The notes below the pieces were generated by a model. The model worked only from the letters and a program-made list of their open reading frames with translations, was not told the DNA's origin and made no database searches. Positions 36,649 to 45,796 of a stretch of DNA of 64,000 bases are shown here, in pieces. Origin of the DNA: an uncultured Candidatus Rokubacteria bacterium (GTDB lineage: Bacteria; Methylomirabilota; Methylomirabilia; Rokubacteriales; CSP1-6). Position numbers and translations under genes: made by a program. Each line of letters starts with the position of its first letter. Within the stretch, counting starts at the first letter, position 1. The stretch spans positions 384,001 to 448,000 of the forward strand of contig CAVXJS010000009.1 in the NCBI GenBank assembly GCA_963762145.1, in the 5' to 3' direction.

Positions 36649-37176
36649 TCAGCGGCCTCGGTGAGTCGTCGCGGTGCGATCGCTGCCCCACTCCCGATCG
36701 AAGTACTCGCGGTCTTCGGGTGTGCGGGGCTTCACTCCCATGAGAATGCCGCCCTCCTTCAGCCCGCTCTCATACTCCTTGACGCGCTCTTCTGGAATGC
36801 CCGCGCCGACCAGGGCACCGATCCCGCCCCCCACGACGGCCCCGGCTCCGGCCCCTGCCAGTGCGGCCGCGATCGGCCCGGCGACAAGCAGGCCCAACCC
36901 CGGCACGGCGACCGTTGCCGCCACCGCGATGGCCGCAAGAGCGCCTCCCGCGACCGCGCCGACGCCGCCCCCGACTCCCGCGCCTTCCAGAGCCTTGTTC
37001 CCGAGCTCGGTGGTCACGCCAGCGCCAAAGTGCCGCTTCCGACCTTCTTCGGTCATCATCACGTTGATATCCTTCGCGTCGTAACCGCGTGCGAGAGTCG
37101 CCTCGTACTCACGCTCGGCGCTGTCACGGTCTGTGAAGAGTCGCGTTGCGAGATAGTCCCTGTCCTGGTCAGCCAT
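36649..37176 (-). CDS. general stress/glycine-zipper membrane protein
   Basis: GAGVGG...VPGLGLLVAGP...LVGAGIPEE..YE..LK.G pattern. AAGGAG RBS. Confidence 0.78.
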   Translation of the reverse strand: MADQDRDYLATRLFTDRDSAEREYEATLARGYDAKDINVMMTEEGRKRHFGAGVTTELGNKALEGAGVGGGVGAVAGGALAAIAVAATVAVPGLGLLVAGPIAAALAGAGAGAVVGGGIGALVGAGIPEERVKEYESGLKEGGILMGVKPRTPEDREYFDREWGSDRTATTHRGR

Positions 37177-37245
37177 GTCTTCTCCTTCGGGTGTTGGTGG
37201 ATGATTGAGTCGTTACGAGATTGGCGGCACTTGCACTTCGGTATA

Positions 37246-37261
37246 CGCATACGACGTGCCG
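37246..37261 (-). promoter_or_regulatory. sigma54 -24/-12 motif
   Basis: CGGCAC-GTCGT-ATGCG upstream of the stress protein gene. Confidence 0.5.
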
Positions 37262-37428
37262 TTGCTCGACACGGTGGGACCCAGATCCCAAGGGGCGACA
37301 GCGTCGTTGCGCGGAGACCTCGGGTCGCCGAAGGCTCCGGGTCGGTCCTTACGACTCGGTAAGTTCGCGGAACTCTAAGGCGGGCACATCAGGCGCGGGG
37401 GTGGAACACCTTCAACTGCGAAGCAGAA

Positions 37429-38586
37429 TCAGCGAAGGACGTCTCGGGTGGAGGTGAGGAGAACGCACGTGCAGCCGGTCTCGCTCCAGACATGCTGATC
37501 GCCGGTGCCGGGCTCTGCCCGATTGTAATCCCCAGGAGAGAGTGTCTTGTCGTCTATCATCAGCTCGCCGTCCAGCAGATACAATTCCTCGACTCCGGCA
37601 TGGCGATGTGGCGGATACGCAGCCCCCGGGGCGAGTCGCACGAGCATGCCGACGCGGTCTTTCTCTGCGTCCGTCGCGAGTAGTTTGCAGGAGATGCCGA
37701 TCGCCACTTCTTCCCATTCTGATTCAGGCGGTCCGGATGGCGCCGCCGGCACCGACTCCTGGCTCTGCTCCGTGGCGATTCGCTGCGCAAGCCGTTCCCA
37801 GAGCACTCCAGAGGGATGCGCCACACTGTCGTCGATGCGTTCATGCCGCGGTTCGAACCCCAGCCGGTCAATCGCTCTGGCGCGCGCCTGCTTCATGATC
37901 CATCCGACAACGGACCCGCCCGCAGGATCGTACGCCCACGCGCGTCGCCGTATATCGTGGAACACATCGCCCATGAGATCTTCGGCGGTTTCTCGATTAT
38001 TGGTGATCCGCGCGATCAAGGTAAAGACGATTCGATGCATTCGCGTGTACAGCACCTGCAGCGCCGACTGGTCGCCACCGGCGATGGACCGGACGAGTCC
38101 GGCCCATTCCTTCTCAGACACGAGCGCCTTTGCTGATCCATTGGCATAGAGCAGATCGCCCAGTGTGAGCGTCTCGCGGTCTGGCGGGAACGTCATCATC
38201 GTCTGCGGCAGCGCTGACATGAGCGCGGCGCGACGAGCCATCAGGTCGCGGATCGCGGGCACCAGCATGTCTTTGATCACAACCTTGTTCACGAAGACAT
38301 CCGCGCCGCTGTCGGGCGCCACGAGCCGGTAGTCGGGGTGGGAGCTCATGAGGATGACCCCGGTGTGGGGCAGCTCTCGCCGGATGCGCTTCGTCAGCTC
38401 GACTCCATTGAGGTTGGGCATCACGAGATCCGTGACCACGATGTCCGGCCGCTCGCGGCGCACGATGGCGAGCCCTTCCTCCCCATCAGCCGCCTCACCG
38501 ACGATCTTCATCTCGGACGCTGGTGCGAGGAGGTAGCGGACAAGCTCGCGATACTCCGCGGAGTCGTCGACGACGACGATGGTCAA
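37429..38586 (-). CDS. fusion of receiver domain, ECF sigma region 2-like segment and ChrR-like cupin
   Basis: VVDD...VTDLVMP...SS..FVNK receiver; GDQSALQVLY...AEDL..DVF...GWI...ARARAIDRL sigma-2; HRHAGVEELYLLDG cupin. Confidence 0.75.
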   Translation of the reverse strand: MTIVVVDDSAEYRELVRYLLAPASEMKIVGEAADGEEGLAIVRRERPDIVVTDLVMPNLNGVELTKRIRRELPHTGVILMSSHPDYRLVAPDSGADVFVNKVVIKDMLVPAIRDLMARRAALMSALPQTMMTFPPDRETLTLGDLLYANGSAKALVSEKEWAGLVRSIAGGDQSALQVLYTRMHRIVFTLIARITNNRETAEDLMGDVFHDIRRRAWAYDPAGGSVVGWIMKQARARAIDRLGFEPRHERIDDSVAHPSGVLWERLAQRIATEQSQESVPAAPSGPPESEWEEVAIGISCKLLATDAEKDRVGMLVRLAPGAAYPPHRHAGVEELYLLDGELMIDDKTLSPGDYNRAEPGTGDQHVWSETGCTCVLLTSTRDVLR

Positions 38587-38745
38587 AGAAATAATCCGCT
38601 CCTGGCGCGACGAGATGGCCGTGGGGTCAAGTTACATCAGAGCCGAGGGGACTTCTACGTTCCTTTGGAGGCCCGGGGACCATGGTCGTACCCGGTGGGA
38701 ATAATCTTCCCACCGATGAGCTCCCCCATCGCCGGCGACCTTTGA

Positions 38746-39762
38746 TCACGGCATCTTCCCGGTCAGCTTCAGCTGCCGCCCTGCCCGCAATACCGTCACG
38801 GAGATCGGCGCGCCTTTCTCGAGACGACTCGTGCGTTCGCGAATCTTGGTCAGGTCATCGATCGTCTTCACCACGACGCCCTCGACGCTGAGGATGATAT
38901 CGCCTCCCACGACCAAGGGCTGATCGTCGACAGTGGCTTTCCGGCGCCCTCCTTTGATCCCCATCGCCTCGCCGGGCGATCCCTTGGCCACGGTCTTGAC
39001 CAGGAACCCGCCCGTCTTTGGAGGAAGATTGAATAGATCCGACAACTCATCGGAGAGCAGCTGGCCCTCCAGACCTGACCATATCGAAGGACGTTCCAGG
39101 AGTAGCTGCTTCGCCGTATTTATCGTCACGACGAACCCGAGCCCCTCACTGCCGCCACTCTTGGAAATGACGTGGCTGACGATCCCGATGACCTCGCCTC
39201 CCATGTTGAACATCGGGCCGCCCGAGTTCCCGGTGTTGATGCTGGCATCAGTCTGGAAGAATTCCGCCAGGGGGATCGCTTTGTAGACCGTGCTCGGTGC
39301 CCAACGACCTCCGATCCAACCCACGCTGAGCGTATGCCGGAGCCCATAAGGTGCCCCGACGACCATCACCTGCTCACCGACTCGGACCGTATCGGAATTG
39401 GCGAGCTTTGCGGCGCCTACATTTGGCGGGACCGGATTCAGCTGGAGAAGACACAAATCCGCGGCAAGCTCCAAGGCCACCACCCGGGCGGCGACCGTTC
39501 GGCCCCCGAGGAACTGCACTTCGATTCCCTCGGCCCCGTGCGCCAAGTGAGCCGCCGTCAGAACCTTCCCGTCGTCCGAGATCACAACGCCGGACCCGAC
39601 GTCACTGGACCTCGCGTCTGCTGCCGGCGTTCCCTTTGCCCGGACCACCACCACGCTTGGAGCGACCTTGCCGAACAGGTCCGCAACGTTTTGTGCTTCC
39701 GCGACCCCCAACGCCAGCGTCAATATCGCGACGCTTACCGCTGAGGTGCCAAGAGCTCCCAT
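38746..39762 (-). CDS. HtrA/DegP-like serine protease with PDZ domain
   Basis: LTAAH, ADLCLL and QTDASINTGNSGGP motifs, a C-terminal GDII PDZ and a signal peptide. Confidence 0.92.
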   Translation of the reverse strand: MGALGTSAVSVAILTLALGVAEAQNVADLFGKVAPSVVVVRAKGTPAADARSSDVGSGVVISDDGKVLTAAHLAHGAEGIEVQFLGGRTVAARVVALELAADLCLLQLNPVPPNVGAAKLANSDTVRVGEQVMVVGAPYGLRHTLSVGWIGGRWAPSTVYKAIPLAEFFQTDASINTGNSGGPMFNMGGEVIGIVSHVISKSGGSEGLGFVVTINTAKQLLLERPSIWSGLEGQLLSDELSDLFNLPPKTGGFLVKTVAKGSPGEAMGIKGGRRKATVDDQPLVVGGDIILSVEGVVVKTIDDLTKIRERTSRLEKGAPISVTVLRAGRQLKLTGKMP

Positions 39763-39927
39763 TCTCGCGAACTCCTTTTGGTCCTGCGTTCCGTGCCCTA
39801 GCCGACTATGGGCCGACCTGCAGGGAAACGATTACTCGGTAGCAACGATGCGCCAGGACTGGATTCAAAGCGCCCCGTTCATGGCGAGACTGCTTTCTCT
39901 AGTATTTGCTTGCGGCCTGCGTACTAG

Positions 39928-39943
39928 AGCAAGGCCGGTGCCA
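39928..39943 (-). promoter_or_regulatory. sigma54 -24/-12 motif
   Basis: Perfect TGGCAC-CGGCC-TTGCT upstream of the protease gene. Confidence 0.65.
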
Positions 39944-40441
39944 TGCAGGGGAGGGGCTTGGCAGTCCTGGGTCGCGAACGAGGCGCTTACGTCTTGGCGC
40001 ACGAGGACGCCATGGAGTCTGGCGTGAGTGAACATACATCCCCGGTGGATAGCGGCACTTGATTCCGTCGCGGAGAAACAGGGTTCGCCTGCTCACAACG
40101 ATCCGGTCCGGGTGGACTTCGTTGAGAGGACCGACCTCGACGGACTGCTCCGAGGGGCGGCACTCCAGGCAAGATGGACTTCCTACAACCGACGCAGATA
40201 GGATTCGGTTTCGGAGTTGTCATCGGGCAACGTAGGACAAACGCTGTGCCGCGCCGACCGGTACTTCTCTCCGCCGTGCGAGGTTGAAGCGGCCGAACCT
40301 CCCGCAGTACGCGGTAAACCCGTTACGACGGTTGACTCCTTCGGCCTAGACGGACGCCTTCCCGCTCATCCAATCCGACGCCCTGAGCCTAGACGGGTCG
40401 CGGATGCCAGGTTGACTCTGGTGAACCCTTCCCCGGCACAA

Positions 40442-40457
40442 CGGCACAGCCCTTGCT
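40442..40457 (+). promoter_or_regulatory. sigma54 -24/-12 motif
   Basis: CGGCAC-AGCCC-TTGCT about 40 nt before ATG 40499. Confidence 0.62.
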
Positions 40458-40498
40458 GCTTGACCTAGATACACGAAGCGACACAAAAGGAGAACAGC

Positions 40499-40756
40499 AT
40501 GGGAATCATCGCCTGGATCGTCTTCGGTCTGATCGTCGGTATCGTTGCGAAGTTTCTCATGCCGGGAAGAGATCCGGGAGGCTTCGTCGTCACGATCCTT
40601 CTCGGTATCGTGGGGGCCATCGTCGGCGGCTTCCTTGGCCGCCTCGTCGGCTGGTATGGCCCAGGGGATCCAGTCGGATTCGTCATGGCCGTCCTGGGAG
40701 CGATTGCACTGCTGATCGCGTACCGGCTGATCGCGCGTAGAACTCGACAGGCCTGA
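40499..40756 (+). CDS. GlsB/YeaQ/YmgE family stress response membrane protein
   Basis: MGIIAWIVFGLIVG..AKFLMPGRDPGG...LGIVGA signature. Confidence 0.93.
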   Translation: MGIIAWIVFGLIVGIVAKFLMPGRDPGGFVVTILLGIVGAIVGGFLGRLVGWYGPGDPVGFVMAVLGAIALLIAYRLIARRTRQA

Positions 40757-40792
40757 GCGGATGCTCCGACGCTCGTCCTTTGAAGCCGGCCG

Positions 40793-41245
40793 TTGACGCG
40801 ACGTCCGTTCCTATTGTTGCTGATGGGCCTTGCGCTATCCTCGTGCGCCTCCGCCGACCGGCCGTCGGTCACGCTGGCCAGCGTGACGCTCGCGGGGCTG
40901 AGCCTGTTCGAGCAACGGTTCGTGACCACTCTCCGCGTTCAGAATCCTTCGAATGCCGAGCTTGCGTTCGAGGGGATCAGCGTGGAGGTCGAGCTCAATG
41001 GAAAGACCTTCGCCCGCGGCGTCAGCCCGACTCCTATGGTCGTCCGAGCTTATGGACAAGACCTTATCCGGGTCGAGACAATCAGCACTACACCTGACAT
41101 CGTGCGCCAGTTCCGGAGTCTGGCCGGACTCGGAGATCTGAAGATTCACTACCGCCTCAAGGGCCAACTACAGCCGCGGGGGCGGCTCGATGTCCTCCCG
41201 TTTCACGACAAGGGCGTCATTTCCCTGAAGGACCTCGGCCCGTGA
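40793..41245 (+). CDS. LEA type 2 (WHy domain) lipoprotein
   Basis: LSSC lipobox and LRVQNP...VELNGKTFARG. Confidence 0.82.
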   Translation: MTRRPFLLLLMGLALSSCASADRPSVTLASVTLAGLSLFEQRFVTTLRVQNPSNAELAFEGISVEVELNGKTFARGVSPTPMVVRAYGQDLIRVETISTTPDIVRQFRSLAGLGDLKIHYRLKGQLQPRGRLDVLPFHDKGVISLKDLGP

Positions 41246-41331
41246 TCGACCCCCGCGGGTAAGGGCGACGACCGCAGTCGTCGCCCCTGACTTCGCGATG
41301 GTGTCCAGGCGCCGTCAGCGCTGCTCGACCA

Positions 41332-44145
41332 TCACGGTTCGTCGCGTCTCGCCCCGAGGCTTTCGAGGGCCCGTCGCTCCAGCGCCCCCGCGCCCTGATC
41401 CCGCGCGATGGCCAGCGCGGCGTCGAGGCACCCGATGGCGACGCCCCGGTCGTGCCGCGTGGCGAGCAGCAGTACACCCCTCAGCCGATGCAGCTCGGCG
41501 GCGTAGAAGCACTCCCCGCTCGCGTCGACCGCGGCCAGGGCTTCCGTGACGACCTCGAGCGCGGCCTCCGGCCGCCCGGCGGCACCGAGCGCCTCGGCCA
41601 GCAGGCCGAGGAAGTACGTCTTGAACTCCTCCGAGCCCAGGGCGCGGATGGCCGCGAGCCCGTCGCGCATCATGGCGAGCCCGGCGTCGACCTCGCCCGA
41701 CGCGGCGAGGGCCCATCCCCCCGTCATGTCCGCCCAGGCCTGCAGCTGGACGAAGCCCCGCTCGCGAGCGAGCTCGGCGGCCGCCGCGGCCCGGTCGCGG
41801 GTCGTCCGCCAGTCGCCGCCGAGCTGATGCACGCGGGCTCCGTAGAGCAGGGCGTGGGCCTCGCTGAAGGGGTGGTCGAGCCGGAGCGCCAGCGCCAGCG
41901 CCTCCTCGCTCTGCCGGGCGGCCGCCGCGGGATGGCCGGAGAGCGCGAGGGCCCAGGCGCCGTGGCCGAGCGCGCAGACCGCCGGGTCGTGATGGCCGTA
42001 GACGGCGGCCAGCGACGCGTGGCGCTCGGGATCGTAGAGGCGGACCGCGCGGGCCGCGTGATCTCGGGCCTCCCCCAGCTCGCCGCGAGCGAAGCCCGTC
42101 GCCCACAACGCGTGATGAGCCTGGATCGAGAACCCCGGGTCGTCGAGTCGCCGCGCCAGCGCGAGGAGGCGCCCGCCGAGGTCGCGCGCCACGTCGATCT
42201 CGCCGCGGCTGCGTCGGAAGAGGAAGAGGCCCCAGAGGACCGGGAACAACCGGGCCGGATCGTCGATCCGCCGGCCGAGCTCCTGCGCCCGCAGGTAGAC
42301 CTGCTCGACCTCGGGCGCGCCCCGCCCCTTCAGGGCCATGAGGGGCCCTCCCAGCCCGATCTGGAGCGCGATCTCCTCCTCGGCCCGCCGCGGAGTGTCC
42401 GGCTCGGTCCGGAGCAGGTCGAGCGCGCGCGTCAGGTACCCCACCGCCTCGCGCGTGGCACTCCGCTGCGTGGCGATCTCGCCGGCGAGGCGCAGATACC
42501 GGACCGCACCCGGCACGTCGCGTCCGCGCTCGAAGTGCGCGGCCAGCTCCGTCGCGATCTCGGGGCCCCGTGGGCCGAGGCCGATCTCGAGCCGCCGGCC
42601 GATCCGGCGGTGCAGCTCCACGCGGCGTCCGGTCGGGGTGCGCTCGTAGACGACCTCCTGATGGAGGGCGTGACGGAACCCGTAGCGCCCGGCCACCGTC
42701 CCGTCCGGCCACGTCTCGGCGCCGTGCGACGTCAGGAAGGAGCCGGGCCGAGCCAGCTCGGCGCAGCCGCGCTCGACGTCATCGAGGCCGAGCTCCTCCG
42801 CGGCCGCGACGGTGGCGGCGGAGAACTCGACGCCGGCCGCGCCCGCCGCCTCGAGGAGCCGGCGCTGCGGAGCGGGCAGGCGGTCGAGCTCGTGACCGAT
42901 CAGCCGCCGCACGTCGTCGGGAATGGCGATGTGGACGGCCTCGGGGCCGCCCGTGAAGGCCCAGCCGCCGGCGCGCTCGACCAGGACCGCGCGCCGCTCG
43001 AGGTCGTCCGCGACGCTGGTGACGAACAGCGGGTTACCGCCGGTGCGCTGATGGATCAGCGCGGCCAGCCCGCCAGGCGGGCCGGCGCCGGGAAAACGGC
43101 GCTCCAGGTACGCGCCCACCGCCGTCTCGTCCAGGCGGGCCAGCGCCACCTCGCGGCACTGCCCGCGCACCTTCAGCTCGTCCTTGGTCGCCTCGATCGG
43201 ATGCCCCCGGGCCAGAGCTTCTCCCGGTCGGTACGAGGCAAGCACCAGCACCCGTGCCGGCCCGGGGCGCCGCGCCAGGTACGCGAGCCAGTCCACCGTC
43301 GAGGGACCGGCCCAGTGCAGATCCTCGAGCCACAGGATCAGGGGCGCGTCGGCCCCCAGCATCTCCACGGCCTCGGCCAGCTCGCGCAGCATCCGATCGC
43401 GCGTGACGCCGGCCACGTGCCGCTCGAGCGCTCGGTGCTCCGCGACGCCCAGCACCGAGGGCATCTGGGCGAGCCACGTCGGGGCGTGCTGGCGGAGCAG
43501 GCGGACGACGGCCTGCCCGCCCGGCTCGCGGCAGAGGCGGGTCATGGCTTCCAGGAGGGGCAGGTACGCCTCGCCCGCCCCGTGGGTCTCGACGCATCGA
43601 CCCTGCCCGACGCGAAGCCCGTCGCCGTGGGCGGCCTCCGTCAGGAACGCCGCGACGGCCGTCGTCTTGCCGATCCCGGGCTCGCCGGTGACGAAGACGA
43701 TCTGCCGGCTCCCGCCCCTGGACCGGGCCAGGCACGCGCGCAGCTCGGCCAGCTCGCAGTCACGACCCACGACCAGCGCAGGCGGCGTCGGCGCCGCGAA
43801 CGAGTCACCTCCCGGCCTCTCGAGGGCCGACCCCGTGCGAGCGACGAAACGGTAGCCGCGGCGGTGGCGCGTCTCGATGAAGCGGGGGCGCCGGGCGTCG
43901 TCCTCGAGCGCGCGGCGGAGCTCCTGGATGCACGCGGTGAGCGCCCCGTCACCGACGACGGTATCCTGCCAGACCGACCGGAACAGCTCGTCGCGCGTCA
44001 CCGGCTCACCGGCGTGCTCGATCAGCGCGGCCAGCACCGCCGCCGATCGCGGCGTGAGCTTGACCTCGCGCCGGCCGGCCCACAGCCGCCCGGAGCGAGG
44101 GTCGAAGCGGTGACGACCGAAGCTAACCTCCTGTCCGATCAGCAT
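41332..44145 (-). CDS. wHTH (OmpR/ToxR-type) - AAA/STAND ATPase - TPR transcriptional regulator
   Basis: N-terminal LRRALED...IETRHRRGYRF, GEPGIGKT, LEDLHWA, GGNPLF and FRHAL motifs, then a helical C-terminus. Confidence 0.9.
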   Translation of the reverse strand: MLIGQEVSFGRHRFDPRSGRLWAGRREVKLTPRSAAVLAALIEHAGEPVTRDELFRSVWQDTVVGDGALTACIQELRRALEDDARRPRFIETRHRRGYRFVARTGSALERPGGDSFAAPTPPALVVGRDCELAELRACLARSRGGSRQIVFVTGEPGIGKTTAVAAFLTEAAHGDGLRVGQGRCVETHGAGEAYLPLLEAMTRLCREPGGQAVVRLLRQHAPTWLAQMPSVLGVAEHRALERHVAGVTRDRMLRELAEAVEMLGADAPLILWLEDLHWAGPSTVDWLAYLARRPGPARVLVLASYRPGEALARGHPIEATKDELKVRGQCREVALARLDETAVGAYLERRFPGAGPPGGLAALIHQRTGGNPLFVTSVADDLERRAVLVERAGGWAFTGGPEAVHIAIPDDVRRLIGHELDRLPAPQRRLLEAAGAAGVEFSAATVAAAEELGLDDVERGCAELARPGSFLTSHGAETWPDGTVAGRYGFRHALHQEVVYERTPTGRRVELHRRIGRRLEIGLGPRGPEIATELAAHFERGRDVPGAVRYLRLAGEIATQRSATREAVGYLTRALDLLRTEPDTPRRAEEEIALQIGLGGPLMALKGRGAPEVEQVYLRAQELGRRIDDPARLFPVLWGLFLFRRSRGEIDVARDLGGRLLALARRLDDPGFSIQAHHALWATGFARGELGEARDHAARAVRLYDPERHASLAAVYGHHDPAVCALGHGAWALALSGHPAAAARQSEEALALALRLDHPFSEAHALLYGARVHQLGGDWRTTRDRAAAAAELARERGFVQLQAWADMTGGWALAASGEVDAGLAMMRDGLAAIRALGSEEFKTYFLGLLAEALGAAGRPEAALEVVTEALAAVDASGECFYAAELHRLRGVLLLATRHDRGVAIGCLDAALAIARDQGAGALERRALESLGARRDEP

Positions 44146-44173
44146 TGCCGGTCCTCTCCCCTTCCCCGCGCGG

Positions 44174-44200
44174 TCTCAGAACTATCTCACCGGTCTCTCA
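44174..44200. promoter_or_regulatory. three TCTCA direct repeats at 11-bp periodicity (candidate wHTH operator)
   Basis: TCTCA at 44174, 44185 and 44196 in the divergent intergenic region. Confidence 0.55.
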
Positions 44201-44291
44201 GGACTTCTGCGCTCCGGTCCCCTACTCTCCGATACGTCCGGTGTGATGGCAACAGGACGCGCGCGGCCCCCGCACAAGGAGGAACGTGCCA

Positions 44292-44912
44292 ATGAAATGG
44301 TTCACCGTGCCGATCGCAGCTCTTGCCCTGGTATCGCTGTCGATGGCGTCGGCGGTTGCGCAGCAGGGCCAGGTGGGAGTGGCCGGCTCCGGCAGCCTCG
44401 TCGTCAAACCGCTGGTCGAGAAGAAGGTCACGGAGCTGCCGACGGGACCCCTCGTCTGGCGCGTGGAGAGCTTCCCGAGCCTCGCTCAGGCGCAGGCTGC
44501 CGCCGGGCCGACAAGCCTCGCAGCCGAGGCCGGGGGCAAGGCGTGGCTCTTCACGCTCGGTCCGGCCGGGGGATCGTCGAGCGGTGCCACGAAGATGGCG
44601 GAGATCGGCCCGCTTCCCTCGGTGACGGCCCCGGCCTATCTGCTGCGGATTAACGAGGCCAGTGGGCCTCCGGGCAGTGTCACGCCCATTCATAGCCACC
44701 CGGGCTCCGAGGCGGTCTACGTGCTCGCGGGGGAGCAAAGCTTCCGAACGCCCCACGGCGTCAAGCGTGTCGGGGCCGGCCAAGCCGAGGCGGGCCACGG
44801 CCCCGACACTCCGATGCAGGTCTCGAGCAGCGGCGCAACGAACCTGCATTCGTTCGTCATGTTCGTGGTCGACGCCACCAAGCCGTTCTCGAGCCCGGCC
44901 AAGCTCCCCTGA
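44292..44912 (+). CDS. secreted cupin-domain protein
   Basis: Signal peptide and HSHPGSEAVYVLAG cupin motif. AAGGAGG RBS. Confidence 0.85.
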   Translation: MKWFTVPIAALALVSLSMASAVAQQGQVGVAGSGSLVVKPLVEKKVTELPTGPLVWRVESFPSLAQAQAAAGPTSLAAEAGGKAWLFTLGPAGGSSSGATKMAEIGPLPSVTAPAYLLRINEASGPPGSVTPIHSHPGSEAVYVLAGEQSFRTPHGVKRVGAGQAEAGHGPDTPMQVSSSGATNLHSFVMFVVDATKPFSSPAKLP

Positions 44913-44997
44913 TCGAGGTGCCCGGCTCCCGGCCCCGTGCTGGGCCTCGCCTGCTACCACGGGTTCAGGACTCGGAGCGGGTAGGTGGGGACGAAGC

Positions 44998-45024
44998 GAA
45001 GGGGCGGCAAGGCGCCGCCCCTTC
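44998..45024. terminator. 11-bp hairpin downstream of the tRNA
   Basis: GAAGGGGCGGC-AAGGC-GCCGCCCCTTC between the convergent tRNA and cupin genes. The U-tract is weak. Confidence 0.55.
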
Positions 45025-45040
45025 CAACCCCTCAGTTGAT

Positions 45041-45118
45041 TGGCGGGCTCGACGGGACTTGAACCCGCGACCTCTGGATTGACAGTCCAGTGTGCTAACC
45101 AGGCTGCACCACGAGCCC
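45041..45118 (-). tRNA. tRNA-Asp(GTC)
   Basis: GGGCTCG/CGAGCCC acceptor stem, CTGGA-CTGTCAA-TCCAG anticodon arm, GGTTCAAGTCC T-arm and encoded CCA. Confidence 0.97.
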
Positions 45119-45161
45119 GCAACGAGAACGCATCTTTATACCACGCGGCCTCCCGGCCTGT

Positions 45162-45758
45162 CTATCCGCCCACCGCCGACGGCCGCGGGGCACACTCGAG
45201 GCCGGCCGTCCAGACGAGCTGCCGGGGATAGCGGCGCAGCAGGTCGGCGATCTCGTCGCACGGGGGCCGGTGGCCGAGCAGATCCTCACCGGGAGACCGG
45301 AGCAGCCGGCGGTGGACGTTGAGCAGGTAGCTATAGACCATGCGCAGGGCCTGATCCTCCGGCACCTGACGCACCCAGACCAGGATCTCCACTGCCGTGG
45401 CGTTGGCGTCGAGCTCCCGCTGCTCGCGCTCGCGCCGGCGGGCGTCGTTGGTGGCGCCGGCCAGAGGCGCGTCGTGGCCCAGGACGTAGTGGGCCAGCTC
45501 GTGGGCGACGATGGCGTCGCGGAACTCCGAGCTCAGCACCAGGCGGTTCACCGCGAAGAAGCCGCGTCGGTAGGACCCGACCGGGCTGTCCGGGTCATGG
45601 CTCACCAGCACGTGGATGGGCTGCAGCCCGTAGCGACGGGCGGTCTCGTCCGCGAAGGCGCGCACCTCGTCGAGGCTCCGGTCCTGCCCCGGGGTCATCG
45701 TCGAGCAGGCGGCCAGCGCGACCGTCCCGACGAGCCCCGCCAGCCGTGACGCCCTCAT
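45162..45758 (-). CDS. M48-like zinc metallopeptidase lipoprotein
   Basis: LAAC lipobox, AHELAH, ELDAN and a downstream H.P motif. Confidence 0.8.
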   Translation of the reverse strand: MRASRLAGLVGTVALAACSTMTPGQDRSLDEVRAFADETARRYGLQPIHVLVSHDPDSPVGSYRRGFFAVNRLVLSSEFRDAIVAHELAHYVLGHDAPLAGATNDARRREREQRELDANATAVEILVWVRQVPEDQALRMVYSYLLNVHRRLLRSPGEDLLGHRPPCDEIADLLRRYPRQLVWTAGLECAPRPSAVGG

Positions 45759-45796
45759 GGCGGAAGTCTAGCAAACAGGGCAGAATGTGGCTCGCC

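Noticed and set aside
39899-40223. Small CxxC-containing ORF (MTTPKPNPICVGC) and possible ncRNA in the long intergenic gap
   Set aside because: There is no clear RBS, family motif or recognisable RNA structure. It may be a decayed gene but cannot be supported.
41452-44295. Long antisense or alternate-frame ORFs (this 947-aa ORF and many similar ones)
   Set aside because: They are shadow ORFs expected at high GC, overlap well-supported genes and contain no motifs.
45041-45118. tRNA as tRNA-Sec or as an active prophage att site
   Set aside because: The anticodon is GTC with a short variable loop, and no integrase or duplicated 3' end was seen.
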